Shown piece by piece: positions 39,867 through 49,602 of a stretch of 64,000 bases of DNA (position 1 is the stretch's first letter; each line of letters opens with the position of its first letter). Source of the stretch: Syntrophorhabdaceae bacterium (lineage in GTDB: Bacteria; Desulfobacterota; Syntrophorhabdia; Syntrophorhabdales; Syntrophorhabdaceae); contig OY762209.1 in the NCBI GenBank assembly GCA_963665295.1, positions 3,168,001 to 3,232,000 of the forward strand. Direction: 5' to 3'. The position numbers and the translations under genes were made by a program. The notes under the pieces are model-generated. The model saw nothing but the letters and a program-made list of their open reading frames with translations. It ran no database searches and was not told the DNA's origin.

Positions 39867-40838
39867 ATGGCGGGAAACAAAAACATCTTCCTTATTGTAT
39901 GTGGCATCACTGTTGCTTCTTTGTTGCTTTGCTCCGAATTGGCCCTGAGGATGAAGGCTTTCCCTCCGAATTACGATATCAACGATACAGTATGGTTTCA
40001 AAAACTCCACGCTGCAAAACAGGCTTCGGAAAAAGACAAAACGGTAATCTTCTATGGTTCTTCGAGGACACAGTTGGGGGTATCTCCTGATGATTTCTGC
40101 GGTGAAATGAAGAGGTTGGGCAACAAAGCCACATGCTGGAATCTTGCAATGTCGAATTCCAACGATGCGGGCATACTCGCTCATGTGGGGGAGAAACTAT
40201 ACGGGGATGTAATCGTCATAGAGCAAATAGGCCTGAACCTGTCGAATCCCATCCGGACCGACGATGCGGAACGTTACCGGCGGGTAAAGACGCAGTCGTG
40301 GGGGCAGGATGTTGACGACCTCGCCGGATTCAAGCTTGCCCGATCGGTGTTCTTCCTGCGGAATAACATAACCCGCTCATTCCTCAACAAACGGTACGAG
40401 AAGATGGAATATCACGATAACGGCTGGCTTGAGGTCAGATATAACAAGGACCCGGTGGAAATCGAAAGGCAGAAGAGGCACTGGGAGGCTTATTCGGTTC
40501 GCGAGCAAATCCCTGTCGAAAGAGCGAGGACGGCGCAGAGGGCGTATAAAGAGATATTCGACAGGCTGATCCGGGAGGGCTCGCGTGTTGTGATATTGCG
40601 CATGCCTGTGGGCGGTGTGGGAAGGAAGATGGAAGACATGTTCATGTCCTGTGGTTATCATACCGATTTCATCAGAAATGACCCAAGAATTCTGTATATC
40701 GATGCGAACATCCATCCTGTGCTTTCGCAATATCATGCCGTTGAGGACAGTCATCTTGACGCCGGGGATGCGGTCGGATTTTCCAGAGATCTTGCGGGGA
40801 TTATCGACGCCTGGCTGGGTCATGCAGGCAAGAACTAG
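39867..40838 (+). CDS. SGNH/DltD-like periplasmic partner of the MBOAT
   Basis: N-terminal TM; FYGSSR block, NLA, C-terminal DSHL; directly after MBOAT. Confidence 0.65.
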   Translation: MAGNKNIFLIVCGITVASLLLCSELALRMKAFPPNYDINDTVWFQKLHAAKQASEKDKTVIFYGSSRTQLGVSPDDFCGEMKRLGNKATCWNLAMSNSNDAGILAHVGEKLYGDVIVIEQIGLNLSNPIRTDDAERYRRVKTQSWGQDVDDLAGFKLARSVFFLRNNITRSFLNKRYEKMEYHDNGWLEVRYNKDPVEIERQKRHWEAYSVREQIPVERARTAQRAYKEIFDRLIREGSRVVILRMPVGGVGRKMEDMFMSCGYHTDFIRNDPRILYIDANIHPVLSQYHAVEDSHLDAGDAVGFSRDLAGIIDAWLGHAGKN

Positions 40839-40870
40839 GGAATGGGCGAGGGACGGCGCGGCTATTCAAT

Positions 40871-41944
40871 ATGACAAACTTGCCACTCATAAGAAATGTG
40901 GTTCCCACGGATGGACCTGGAATAGTGAGGTTGTTTAATGATGTATTCGGCGAGTCCCGTTCAATAGAAGAGTGGAACTGGGAATTCCTCGAAAACCCCG
41001 TAAAGAGAATCTTTGCCGTTGTTGCCGAACATGAGGGTAAGATTGTAGGTCAGTATGCCCTGCTTCCAAAATGGATGAACGTCGAAAAGAGGAGAGTCCT
41101 TGGAGCTCTTTCAGTTGACACCATGGTCCACCCGCTGTATAGGAACCAGGGACTATTTGTGTCTCTTGCGAAAGAATGCTACAGACAGGCCTCTAAGGAA
41201 GGCGTCAGCGTCGTGTATGGGTTCCCGAACAAGAACTCCTATCATGGCTTCATATACAACCTCGGGTGGCACGAGGTGGGACGGCTGCCCAAGTTGGTCA
41301 GGATTTTGAATCCCGAGCGGGTATTGCAAGAGAAGCTGAAATCCAAAGTTTTGGCGACGATGATAGGGCGGCCGGCACGGTGTCTGATTGACCTCTTTCC
41401 AAGGAGCAAGACGTTCCTCAGGGCCAAACACGTAACAGTGGAGCGTTTCGATTGCAGCGATGGTCGCCTTGACAGTTTCCTGAGTCGGGCGTCTTGGCAT
41501 CCTGCCGTATCGGTATGGAAAGACCGCTCGTACCTGAGGTGGCGGTATTTCTCTTTTTCTCGCGGCAACTATACAGCGTTCGCGGCTTCGGATGCAGATT
41601 CGATGAGGAGCTTAATTATCTTCAAAATAGTGCCGCCAAAAGACAGCCTGCATTACGCGATCGGCTATATAGTCGATTTTTGGTTTCTCCCCGACAGTAT
41701 CGAATCCGGTCAGCTTTTGTTGTCTCACGCATTGACCTTTCTTCGCCACAGTGGAGTTGATCTGGTTGTAACTCACGTTTTCAAATCAAGTTGCCTTTGT
41801 CCCATGTTTAGAAAGTTCGGTTTTATTAAGCATGGTGCGGACATGCCCCTGATTGTTAATACGCTTTCCGGCGATGTGCCCCACGGTGCAACAGAAAACG
41901 GCGCCGGGTGGCATTTTACGCCCGGCGATATAGACATTTATTAG
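40871..41944 (+). CDS. GNAT-family N-acetyltransferase (tandem-GNAT length)
   Basis: W.W....NP, DTMVHP.YR.QGLF, YGFPN. Confidence 0.78.
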   Translation: MTNLPLIRNVVPTDGPGIVRLFNDVFGESRSIEEWNWEFLENPVKRIFAVVAEHEGKIVGQYALLPKWMNVEKRRVLGALSVDTMVHPLYRNQGLFVSLAKECYRQASKEGVSVVYGFPNKNSYHGFIYNLGWHEVGRLPKLVRILNPERVLQEKLKSKVLATMIGRPARCLIDLFPRSKTFLRAKHVTVERFDCSDGRLDSFLSRASWHPAVSVWKDRSYLRWRYFSFSRGNYTAFAASDADSMRSLIIFKIVPPKDSLHYAIGYIVDFWFLPDSIESGQLLLSHALTFLRHSGVDLVVTHVFKSSCLCPMFRKFGFIKHGADMPLIVNTLSGDVPHGATENGAGWHFTPGDIDIY

Positions 41945-41970
41945 CCTTCCACTCAGCAATAAATCTACTC

Positions 41971-42738
41971 ATGCAGACGACGGTCAAGGAAATGATGAGG
42001 ATTTGCCGAAGGGTTCTCATAAGGACTTGCATAAGGGGCTTGTCATGCCCTCGCATAATTGCGCCCAGGAATGCTCTTATCGTGGCTCCTCATCCTGATG
42101 ATGAGACTCTTGGATGCGGCGGCATAATCAACCTCATGTCACAGAGTGCCGTCAGACTAACCGTTCTTTTTCTGACGGATGGTGAATCGTCTCATCAGAG
42201 TTGTTGCGGGATATCAAAAGAAGAAGTGGGCGCCATGAGGCGAAGACTCGCGGTCCAAGCGTGCGCAAAACTGGGTGTTTCCCCGGAAGACCTTATCTGG
42301 TTTGGTTTACCGGATGGGCAAATCTCTTGCGGGAACGGAGGGGGCTTTTGTGGCACATCCAATGATTTGTTGCGACTCATTGACAAAATAGAGCCTGACG
42401 CCATCTTTGCTCCCCATCCCTGGGAACCATGGCCGGACCACCGGGCGGCCGGTGAGATATTGAAGAAAGCAGTCAACAAGTATCGCAACCCGGTAACGGT
42501 TTACTATTACCCGGTATGGCTGTGGCACGGTCTTTGTCTGACCCATCTCCTTGCGATACGGAAGATGGATACGATTCGAGTCGATATCAGCGCAGTGCTG
42601 GAAACAAAAAGGCAGGCTCTCAACGAGTATTTTTCCAGCGTGAATCCTTTCTGCAACAGGCCCTACTGCGGGACCATGCCGAAAGGTTTCACAGAGCATT
42701 TTCTTTACCCCTATGAGATATTCTTTACCGAAGGATGA
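41971..42738 (+). CDS. PIG-L/LmbE-family de-N-acetylase
   Basis: APHPDDETLGCGG, TDGE.SH, PDG, PDH; start codon uncertain. Confidence 0.85.
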   Translation: MQTTVKEMMRICRRVLIRTCIRGLSCPRIIAPRNALIVAPHPDDETLGCGGIINLMSQSAVRLTVLFLTDGESSHQSCCGISKEEVGAMRRRLAVQACAKLGVSPEDLIWFGLPDGQISCGNGGGFCGTSNDLLRLIDKIEPDAIFAPHPWEPWPDHRAAGEILKKAVNKYRNPVTVYYYPVWLWHGLCLTHLLAIRKMDTIRVDISAVLETKRQALNEYFSSVNPFCNRPYCGTMPKGFTEHFLYPYEIFFTEG

Positions 42739-42744
42739 AAGAGA

Positions 42745-43953
42745 ATGATCGGTCCCTCTGATCCCAAAAAGAGAGTTTTGATTACCACCCCTGTTCTCCA
42801 CATGGGAGGAACTGAAGCCCAGACCCTGTGTCTGGTAAAGGCTTTGGCAGGCGCGGGATATCACGTCACGATCTGCTGTTATTATGAATTTGAGAAAGAA
42901 ATGGTACGCCGATTCGAGGAGGCAGGTGCGGAGACTTTGACGCTCCGACTTCCAAGGACCTCTAATGGACTGACCGGCAAGAAGGTTTACCGGCTGGTAA
43001 AGGAATTGACTGGCGTATTTAATACCCTTTGCCCCGATATCCTGCATGTTCAATACCTTGCGCCGGGATTGCTGACCATAGTCTGCGCGAGGCTTGCGAG
43101 GATACCTCTTGTTTTCGCCACGGTTCATCAACCTGGTTCCCCGTATGGAAGGACCGAGAAGGGTCTGATAAGAGTTGCTTCCATGCTGTGCAATGCGTTC
43201 TTTTGTGTGTCCCTCTCAGTTGAGAAATCCTGGTTCGGAGACTGCCGGTTGTTCGATTCCAAATCTTTGAGACTGAAAAGAGCGCATTGCACCATTTATA
43301 ACGCTTTAGATGTCGAGACCATATCCGGCGTGGCAGGTAATGCGGATAAACAGGCCCTGCGGGGTTCGTTGGGTGTCGCGGGTAAACCGGTAATAGGATC
43401 CGTTGGGAGACTGAGGTGGGAAAAAGGGCAGGAAACCTTGATTGAGGCCATGGCAACCGTCATTGGAACTACGCCGGAAGCGGTGCTCCTCGTTATCGGT
43501 GACGGACCTGATAGGGAAATGTTGAGACGAAAGACTGAAAACCTGGGCTTGAATCGGAACATACTCTTTCTGGGACAGAAGGAGCCCGAGGAGATTTACC
43601 GGCTATACGGCATAATGGACATAGTCGTGGTGCCGTCAGTATTTGAGGGGTTTGGAATTGTAGCCGGCGAGGCCATGGCAGCGGGCCTGCCGGTAATCGC
43701 GTCTAATGTTGGGGGACTGCGTGAGGTGGTCGAGGACGGTGTAACCGGCTGCCTTATACGCCCAGGGGACCCCGGGGAATTGGCCGACGCGTTGCGCATC
43801 CTGATAGGTGACGAAAAACGCAGACTTGCCATGGGCATGGGTGGTTTTGAAAGGGTTTCCGGCCTCTTTTCAATGGATAGGTATTCTTCTCTAATGGCGA
43901 CAGCTTACCGGCATTTCTCTAATGGTTCTTCAAAGCGCGCTGGATCTCTTTGA
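42745..43953 (+). CDS. Glycosyltransferase family 4
   Basis: GGTE, VGRL..EKG, PS.FEGFG....EAMA.G.PV..S.VGG..EVV. Confidence 0.92.
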   Translation: MIGPSDPKKRVLITTPVLHMGGTEAQTLCLVKALAGAGYHVTICCYYEFEKEMVRRFEEAGAETLTLRLPRTSNGLTGKKVYRLVKELTGVFNTLCPDILHVQYLAPGLLTIVCARLARIPLVFATVHQPGSPYGRTEKGLIRVASMLCNAFFCVSLSVEKSWFGDCRLFDSKSLRLKRAHCTIYNALDVETISGVAGNADKQALRGSLGVAGKPVIGSVGRLRWEKGQETLIEAMATVIGTTPEAVLLVIGDGPDREMLRRKTENLGLNRNILFLGQKEPEEIYRLYGIMDIVVVPSVFEGFGIVAGEAMAAGLPVIASNVGGLREVVEDGVTGCLIRPGDPGELADALRILIGDEKRRLAMGMGGFERVSGLFSMDRYSSLMATAYRHFSNGSSKRAGSL

Positions 43954-44965
43954 TCAATACTTTCCGGGAGCGCCTCTGCTGTTGGATTATGCCAGGCGCG
44001 CCAGGGCAGATATGAGATCATTGGCGAGAAGCTTCCGACCCTGGGAATCGATGGAGTCGGTGCCCCCGTTCCTGCAGATAGAGGTTACAAATATATGCAA
44101 TTCGAACTGTATATTCTGTGCCTACCAGTATCAAGACAAATTTCGACAGGGGAGAGGTGTTATCACCGACGACATTTTCGAGAAAGTGCTAAGTGACTAC
44201 ATGCAAATGAAGGGCACTCACGTTGGTCTCACGCCCCTGTGTGGTGAGCCTCTGATTGATCCCGATATCATCAACCGTGCGGCCAGAATAAAACGCCTGG
44301 GACTGTGGACCGGATTCTTCACGAACGGCGTGCTGCTTAACAGGATTGACATAGAAGGCTTGCTGCTGTCCGGAATAGACGGTCTGACCATCTCAACCGG
44401 TCCTTTTGAAAGAGACATATATCAAGCTGTTTACAGAAATAGGCGATATCGTGACCTTCTGCATGGTTTGGTGAAGCTCATTAGCGCAAGAAACAGTCTG
44501 AGGAAAGATTTGGCCATCGAAATAGCCTTTCGTTCCCCCATTACCAGGAAAAAAGTATTTGCTTTGCCCGATTTCCTGAAACATGTCGATCCATTATTGA
44601 CCCCGGAAGACAGAAGGCGGATTACCGTTCATACGAGAGGATTCGACAGTTGGGGCGGACAGATAACCAATCAGCACCTCACGGGGATTATGCGGGTGGG
44701 CATACCCCCCATCGTTCGAAGAAGGCCATGTATATGGACATTCGGACTCTACGTAACATACAATGGCCAGATTCGTCTCTGTGGATGCAGATTCGCGGAA
44801 ACCGGAAGTCGCGATGGAGTGGACGAGTTATTTTTGGGTAATGTTGGGGAAACGTCACTCTTGGCCGCGTGGTCAGGACCTATGATTAAGAGTGCCCGTA
44901 GAAGATTTGTGACCGGTGACCTCCCCCGAGTATGTCGAAACTGCGTCATGTACCGAGCTTGTTGA
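43922..44965 (+). CDS. Radical SAM protein with SPASM/twitch domain
   Basis: CNSNCIFC (CX3CX2C), GEP, TNG; C-terminal C...CGC...GN...CRNC. Confidence 0.88.
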   Translation: MVLQSALDLFDQYFPGAPLLLDYARRARADMRSLARSFRPWESMESVPPFLQIEVTNICNSNCIFCAYQYQDKFRQGRGVITDDIFEKVLSDYMQMKGTHVGLTPLCGEPLIDPDIINRAARIKRLGLWTGFFTNGVLLNRIDIEGLLLSGIDGLTISTGPFERDIYQAVYRNRRYRDLLHGLVKLISARNSLRKDLAIEIAFRSPITRKKVFALPDFLKHVDPLLTPEDRRRITVHTRGFDSWGGQITNQHLTGIMRVGIPPIVRRRPCIWTFGLYVTYNGQIRLCGCRFAETGSRDGVDELFLGNVGETSLLAAWSGPMIKSARRRFVTGDLPRVCRNCVMYRAC

Positions 44966-45076
44966 GCCGGGATGGAATGTCCGGGACCCCAACCGGTTTC
45001 ACTCCGAGTAGCCGCGGGATGCGGTCTAATGGCGCAACGGTGAAAAAAGAACGAATAGTGAACAGACGACCACCAG

Positions 45077-45928
45077 GTGATCATGTTTCCTGACTGCGTG
45101 TGCGGCAGCAAGCTGATCCGCCGCACCCGGGTGGTCCAGGGCATTGGCGGCGAATCGACCGTGCTGACTTGTGATCATTGTGGCCTGTCTCGCTGGGAGG
45201 CCCCGGATTCGTTTTGTTCGATGCGTTTGTGCGATGACTATAAACCGGGTGGCAGAAATGACTACAGTTCGGCACTGGATCAAATGGGAGACTTCAATGC
45301 CGGGGTATCCTCTCCTCATAATATGGGCCTCGTAACAAAGATTTGTCGGCTGGGCAACGGACCGACCAGGCTCCTCGACTGCGGATGCTCTCTGGGCTAC
45401 CTTTTGGGAGGAATACGGATGGAGCGGCCCGAGTGGGATTTGTGCGGGATTGAAATTAATCCTGCATATGCTTTATACGCGAGGCAACAGGGCTTTGACG
45501 TTTTTGAGGGAGCAATCGAGGAGGCGCTCCCCGGCTCGGGACTTTTCAATATGGTCGTGCTGACGGAAGTATTCGAGCATCTGTTGGACCCCTTGATGGT
45601 CCTGTCCTTGATCCGCAAAATACTCGTACCCGGAGGGTATCTGATTGCTACGGTCCCGAATCTTCATTCAGTCATGGACCTTCACGTTTTGAAGAATAGA
45701 AGTGCTTTATCGATACCGTATCAACATCTGTGGTTTTATACCAGACAGAGCCTCGCCACGCTCGTCCGGGAATGCGGTTTCACGGTCACCAGGTGCGACA
45801 CCATCTCCTTTTTTGGCGCGAGAGGCAAAGGCATCAGGAGATACATCGGAAAAGGAGTTAACCCCATTCTTGACCTTCTGAATATTGGAGGCACCATTTT
45901 TCTTGTCGCTCAAGCCGGGAAGGCCTGA
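45077..45928 (+). CDS. Class I SAM-dependent methyltransferase with N-terminal Zn-binding motif
   Basis: CVC...CDHCG; LLDCGCSLG, GIE, VFEHL.DP, PGG...TVPN, QHLW. Confidence 0.83.
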   Translation: MIMFPDCVCGSKLIRRTRVVQGIGGESTVLTCDHCGLSRWEAPDSFCSMRLCDDYKPGGRNDYSSALDQMGDFNAGVSSPHNMGLVTKICRLGNGPTRLLDCGCSLGYLLGGIRMERPEWDLCGIEINPAYALYARQQGFDVFEGAIEEALPGSGLFNMVVLTEVFEHLLDPLMVLSLIRKILVPGGYLIATVPNLHSVMDLHVLKNRSALSIPYQHLWFYTRQSLATLVRECGFTVTRCDTISFFGARGKGIRRYIGKGVNPILDLLNIGGTIFLVAQAGKA

Positions 45929-45929
45929 T

Positions 45930-46946
45930 ATGTTGACAGAGCCGTCAACTCCCAAGATTTCTGTTGTCATCCCTCTATATAACAAAGAGAAAGAGATTAC
46001 GAGGGCGATCGGCTCCGTATTTGAGCAGACAATGAAGGATTTCGAGGTGATCATAATAAATGACGGGTCCACAGACCGGAGTTGCGAAATCGTTGCCTCC
46101 TATGCCGGGCAACTCGGGTGGGAGGGACGCAATAGGATAAGGATCATTGACCAGGTTAATCAAGGGGTGTCTGCGGCGAGGAACAGAGGAATTGAGGAGG
46201 GGAAATCAGATTTGATCGCTTTTCTTGATGCAGACGACGAATGGTTACCACGTTATTTGGAGACCATCTTGAGGCTGTGGGCTTCGTTTCCGGAATGCGA
46301 TGTGTTTTCAACGAACTATCTTTTTGTAGAGCCGGAGGGAAAAGGCTATGTTCCCGCGTTGCGGGGAGTCCCCGGAAAGCCCTGGGAAGGAATACTGACC
46401 AACTATTTCGCCGTGGCCGCAAAATCCGATCCACCCCTATGGTCTTCGGCTGTGTCTGTGACTAAGAAGGCCATTACATCCGTGAAAGGATTTCCCGTCG
46501 GAGTAACCTCTGGTGAAGACTTGCTCACGTGGGCCAAACTCGCGGCGAGCTATGACATCGCTTACTCGACAATCCCACTGGCCAAATTCAATATGTGCCT
46601 GGAAGTGCGCCCCAGACTACCACAGGTTCCGGATATCGTTGGCGAAGGCATGATCGATTTGTTGAAGAATGAGACCGACCGGAGCATCAGGATTCATTTG
46701 AAGGAATATGTGGCCGTATGGTACAAGATGCGGGCGAATTGTTACCTCAGGCTCGGGAAGCATAAGATGGCTTTCGTGGAGGCGTTGAAGGCCCTGCGTT
46801 ATAACCCGAAATCCTCCAGGCTGTATGCATATGTCTTTCTAGCCCTGTTCCCGTTCAACTATTCAAGATTGCTGATTGGTATCCAAAAAGGGGTCAGAGG
46901 TTTGCGAAACAATGACCGAAAGCGGACTTGCGGCGGTGCCGGTTAG
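45930..46946 (+). CDS. Glycosyltransferase family 2
   Basis: ISVVIPLYNK, NDGSTD, NQGVSAARN.G, FLDADD, GED. Confidence 0.92.
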   Translation: MLTEPSTPKISVVIPLYNKEKEITRAIGSVFEQTMKDFEVIIINDGSTDRSCEIVASYAGQLGWEGRNRIRIIDQVNQGVSAARNRGIEEGKSDLIAFLDADDEWLPRYLETILRLWASFPECDVFSTNYLFVEPEGKGYVPALRGVPGKPWEGILTNYFAVAAKSDPPLWSSAVSVTKKAITSVKGFPVGVTSGEDLLTWAKLAASYDIAYSTIPLAKFNMCLEVRPRLPQVPDIVGEGMIDLLKNETDRSIRIHLKEYVAVWYKMRANCYLRLGKHKMAFVEALKALRYNPKSSRLYAYVFLALFPFNYSRLLIGIQKGVRGLRNNDRKRTCGGAG

Positions 46947-47047
46947 AAAGCTTCGCACCAACGCCGCCAAAGGGCGTAGGTGCCGCCCGCTGTACCTTTT
47001 TGAAGCCTTCAGCGAAAGAACGGTTTTGGCCTTCCGGATTGACTTTG

Positions 47048-47063
47048 TTTGACAAATCTCACA
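47048..47063. promoter_or_regulatory. CRP/FNR-family-like operator TTTGA-N6-TCACA upstream of the second ligase/polymerase gene
   Basis: tttga caaatc tcaca, 9/10 match to TGTGA-N6-TCACA, intergenic. Confidence 0.35.
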
Positions 47064-47088
47064 GCGAACAACTCCAGGAAAGCAGACT

Positions 47089-48378
47089 ATGATGCATGAG
47101 CGGTTCCAATCCGGTAGAAACCTGACCCGAAGCGACAGGAAGAGAAGTCCATCTTTTCTTGTCTGGTTTGTGCTCATATCGACCGTTGCGGGATGCATTG
47201 TGGGTGGTACGCGGGTGTTGGGTTTTACCCTGGCGGGGCTTGCATGGTTCTTTCCGCTTATCTTTTCCTTCTTCATTATACTGCGCTCCTTGAAGACCGT
47301 TGCGTTTCCGTGGACTATCTGGCTTCCGTGGCTGGTTTTGCTGCTTATGTACTTAGTAGTCTCTCCATATGATAATGCATTACAGCGGACAGCCATCATG
47401 GTGAGTCCCATATTTGTGGGCATGGCCGTTTCGACCGACAACGTAAGGAACAAGATGCTGAACACATTCTTTGACCTGTCTAAGAAAGCGATCTGCATCT
47501 TCTTCCTTTTTGTATGTTTTTCGACGGGTATGATCTTTACGGGCACTTTGCCCGATATTACGGGCATGGCCGCACAAGCCATAACCGGCGCTCTGTTGGC
47601 GGCGCTCGTCGCTGCCCAAAGCGTGTGTGAGGGGCAGAAAAGGCTGATGGGCTATTGGGTGGGGTTGAGTCTTATACCGGTTGTTGCTTTGACGAGGACT
47701 GCCATTGTAGCTACTGCACTTACTCTGCCGTTGACGTTGGCCCCCCTGGCTCTCGTCAAACGGTTATTGGTTATAGGGGTTATTGGCGTCTTATGCCTGG
47801 GGATGTTTTACACGGAGAGGGTACAAAAGAAGATGTTCCACTCAGGAAAGGGAGAGATCGAGGATGTACGCATTTCGAATGACGATTTCAAGATGTCCGG
47901 CCGGAGCACGATGTGGGATGCGATGAGGATACAAATCGATAGGTCGCCATGGCTCGGATACGGGGCAAACGCTTCGGAGGCCTTCGTCACCGCACTGACC
48001 GGGGGGATTACGCATCCGCACAACGACTGGTTACGGCTCAGGTTCGACTACGGATACCTGGGTACTTTTGTATATGGCTTGTCTATGCTTGCACAGCTTT
48101 ATCATGCGTGGAGAAAGGCAAGAGATGCCCAAGGGGCGACAAGAATCCTGTTCTATGCCGGTGCATCGGCGTTTATACCGGCAGCGATGTTCATGTACAC
48201 CGATAACATCATATTGTATGCGGCTTTTTTTGGTAATCTTCAGTTCACGATTCTTGGACTGGCATACGCATCTATCCGAACGGCGCGGGCGGATGAACTA
48301 CGAGCTAAAGGCAAACGACGTGCGGAGAATACCCGCCTGAACCCGTTGGTCAATGCCGGCATCCGGTTTCCTGCTTAG
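47089..48378 (+). CDS. O-antigen polymerase/ligase-like membrane protein (Wzy_C family)
   Basis: About 10 TM helices; LTRTA, SGR..MW, PWLGYG, HPHNDWL....YG motifs; among glycosyltransferases. Confidence 0.8.
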   Translation: MMHERFQSGRNLTRSDRKRSPSFLVWFVLISTVAGCIVGGTRVLGFTLAGLAWFFPLIFSFFIILRSLKTVAFPWTIWLPWLVLLLMYLVVSPYDNALQRTAIMVSPIFVGMAVSTDNVRNKMLNTFFDLSKKAICIFFLFVCFSTGMIFTGTLPDITGMAAQAITGALLAALVAAQSVCEGQKRLMGYWVGLSLIPVVALTRTAIVATALTLPLTLAPLALVKRLLVIGVIGVLCLGMFYTERVQKKMFHSGKGEIEDVRISNDDFKMSGRSTMWDAMRIQIDRSPWLGYGANASEAFVTALTGGITHPHNDWLRLRFDYGYLGTFVYGLSMLAQLYHAWRKARDAQGATRILFYAGASAFIPAAMFMYTDNIILYAAFFGNLQFTILGLAYASIRTARADELRAKGKRRAENTRLNPLVNAGIRFPA

Positions 48379-48405
48379 CCGCAAATACACAAAGATTAAC
48401 AAAAT

Positions 48406-49602
48406 ATGCATATCGCCATAATCTGGCAGAGATTCCTGCCGTACCATGTAGCCCGGATCACTCATCTCTCGAAGAGGCTCCGCGCGGAGGGCCACGAGCT
48501 TACGGCAATTGAGGTTGCCTCGCAGGACCAGACGTACGGTTTTCCTGAAGATGGCGCCGTCGATGACCAGTTTGAGAAGATATGTTGCTTCCCCGGAATT
48601 TCCTATCATGAACTAAAGGCCCGCACGATTCACCGCAGGGTGTTGAATATTCTCGAGAGAACCGGACCGGACTTCGTATTCTGTCCCGCCACACCCTTCC
48701 CTGAGGGCATGGGCGCCATTTATTACGGTTCCAGAAACGACAAGAAGGTCGTGATCATGGATGATGCTTTTGAACATATGGAAAAAAGGGGACCCCTGAC
48801 GAGGATCACCAAGAGGCTCATCCATGCGGGTGTAGATGGCATGTTTATTCCTGCAGCGACTCACCTTCCCTATCACATTGCAAGCGGATTTTCCAATGAA
48901 CGTGTCGCCTTGGGCGTCTCCATAGTAGACAATGATTACTTTCACAGAAACGCAGAGAAAGCCCGACACGAGGAAGCGACCCTAAAGCATGAACTGGAAT
49001 TGCCGGAAGACTATTTTCTTTTTGTGGGCAGAATAATGCCGAGGAAAGGGTTGGATACCCTTATGGAAGCCTATGGAAGATACCTCGGCCGCATGGGAAA
49101 AGAAGCCTGGGAACTGGTGCTGGTGGGGAACGGAGAAATTGAAGGCATGATGAATTCGAAACCGAGAGGCGTTCGCTTCACGGGAGCGAAGTTCGGGGAT
49201 GACCTCTGCAAATATTACGGGCTTGCGCGAATGCTTGTTGTGCCGAGCTACTCGGACCCGTGGGCTTTGGTTGTGAACGAGGGCATGGCTTCGAACTTGC
49301 CCGTTATCGTGAGCCAGGGTTGCGGTGCATCGAGAAATCTGGTGCGTGAAGGGGAGAACGGATGGACCTTTAAACCTGGTGACGTGGACACCCTCACAAA
49401 CCTTTTACACCGGTCTACATTACTTGGCGCTGAAAAACTTGCAGAAATGGGAAGACGGTCTTCGGGGATCATGGACCGGTGGTCCCTTGATACGTTTGTT
49501 GATAGTGCTTTGAAGGCTATCAGAATCCCAAAACGAAGAGGCAGACGAATCGTCTCTTCGGCGCTCATAGGTATCTGGAAGGGCTGGGTAAGGGTCAACT
49601 GA
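48406..49602 (+). CDS. Glycosyltransferase family 4
   Basis: PYH..R, LFVGR...KG, PS..DPWALVVNEGMA..LPV. Confidence 0.88.
   Translation: MHIAIIWQRFLPYHVARITHLSKRLRAEGHELTAIEVASQDQTYGFPEDGAVDDQFEKICCFPGISYHELKARTIHRRVLNILERTGPDFVFCPATPFPEGMGAIYYGSRNDKKVVIMDDAFEHMEKRGPLTRITKRLIHAGVDGMFIPAATHLPYHIASGFSNERVALGVSIVDNDYFHRNAEKARHEEATLKHELELPEDYFLFVGRIMPRKGLDTLMEAYGRYLGRMGKEAWELVLVGNGEIEGMMNSKPRGVRFTGAKFGDDLCKYYGLARMLVVPSYSDPWALVVNEGMASNLPVIVSQGCGASRNLVREGENGWTFKPGDVDTLTNLLHRSTLLGAEKLAEMGRRSSGIMDRWSLDTFVDSALKAIRIPKRRGRRIVSSALIGIWKGWVRVN

Noticed and set aside
34506..44990. 10-mer tgtccgggac shared by two intergenic spacers
   Set aside because: Too short and flanks do not align; compatible with chance
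46955..46983. 11-bp hairpin gcaccaacgcc/ggcgtaggtgc considered as c-di-GMP riboswitch or terminator
   Set aside because: Lacks riboswitch consensus elements, and the T-run is about 13 nt away from the stem
47049..47080. Perfect TTGACA -35 element
   Set aside because: No plausible -10 at 16-18 bp spacing
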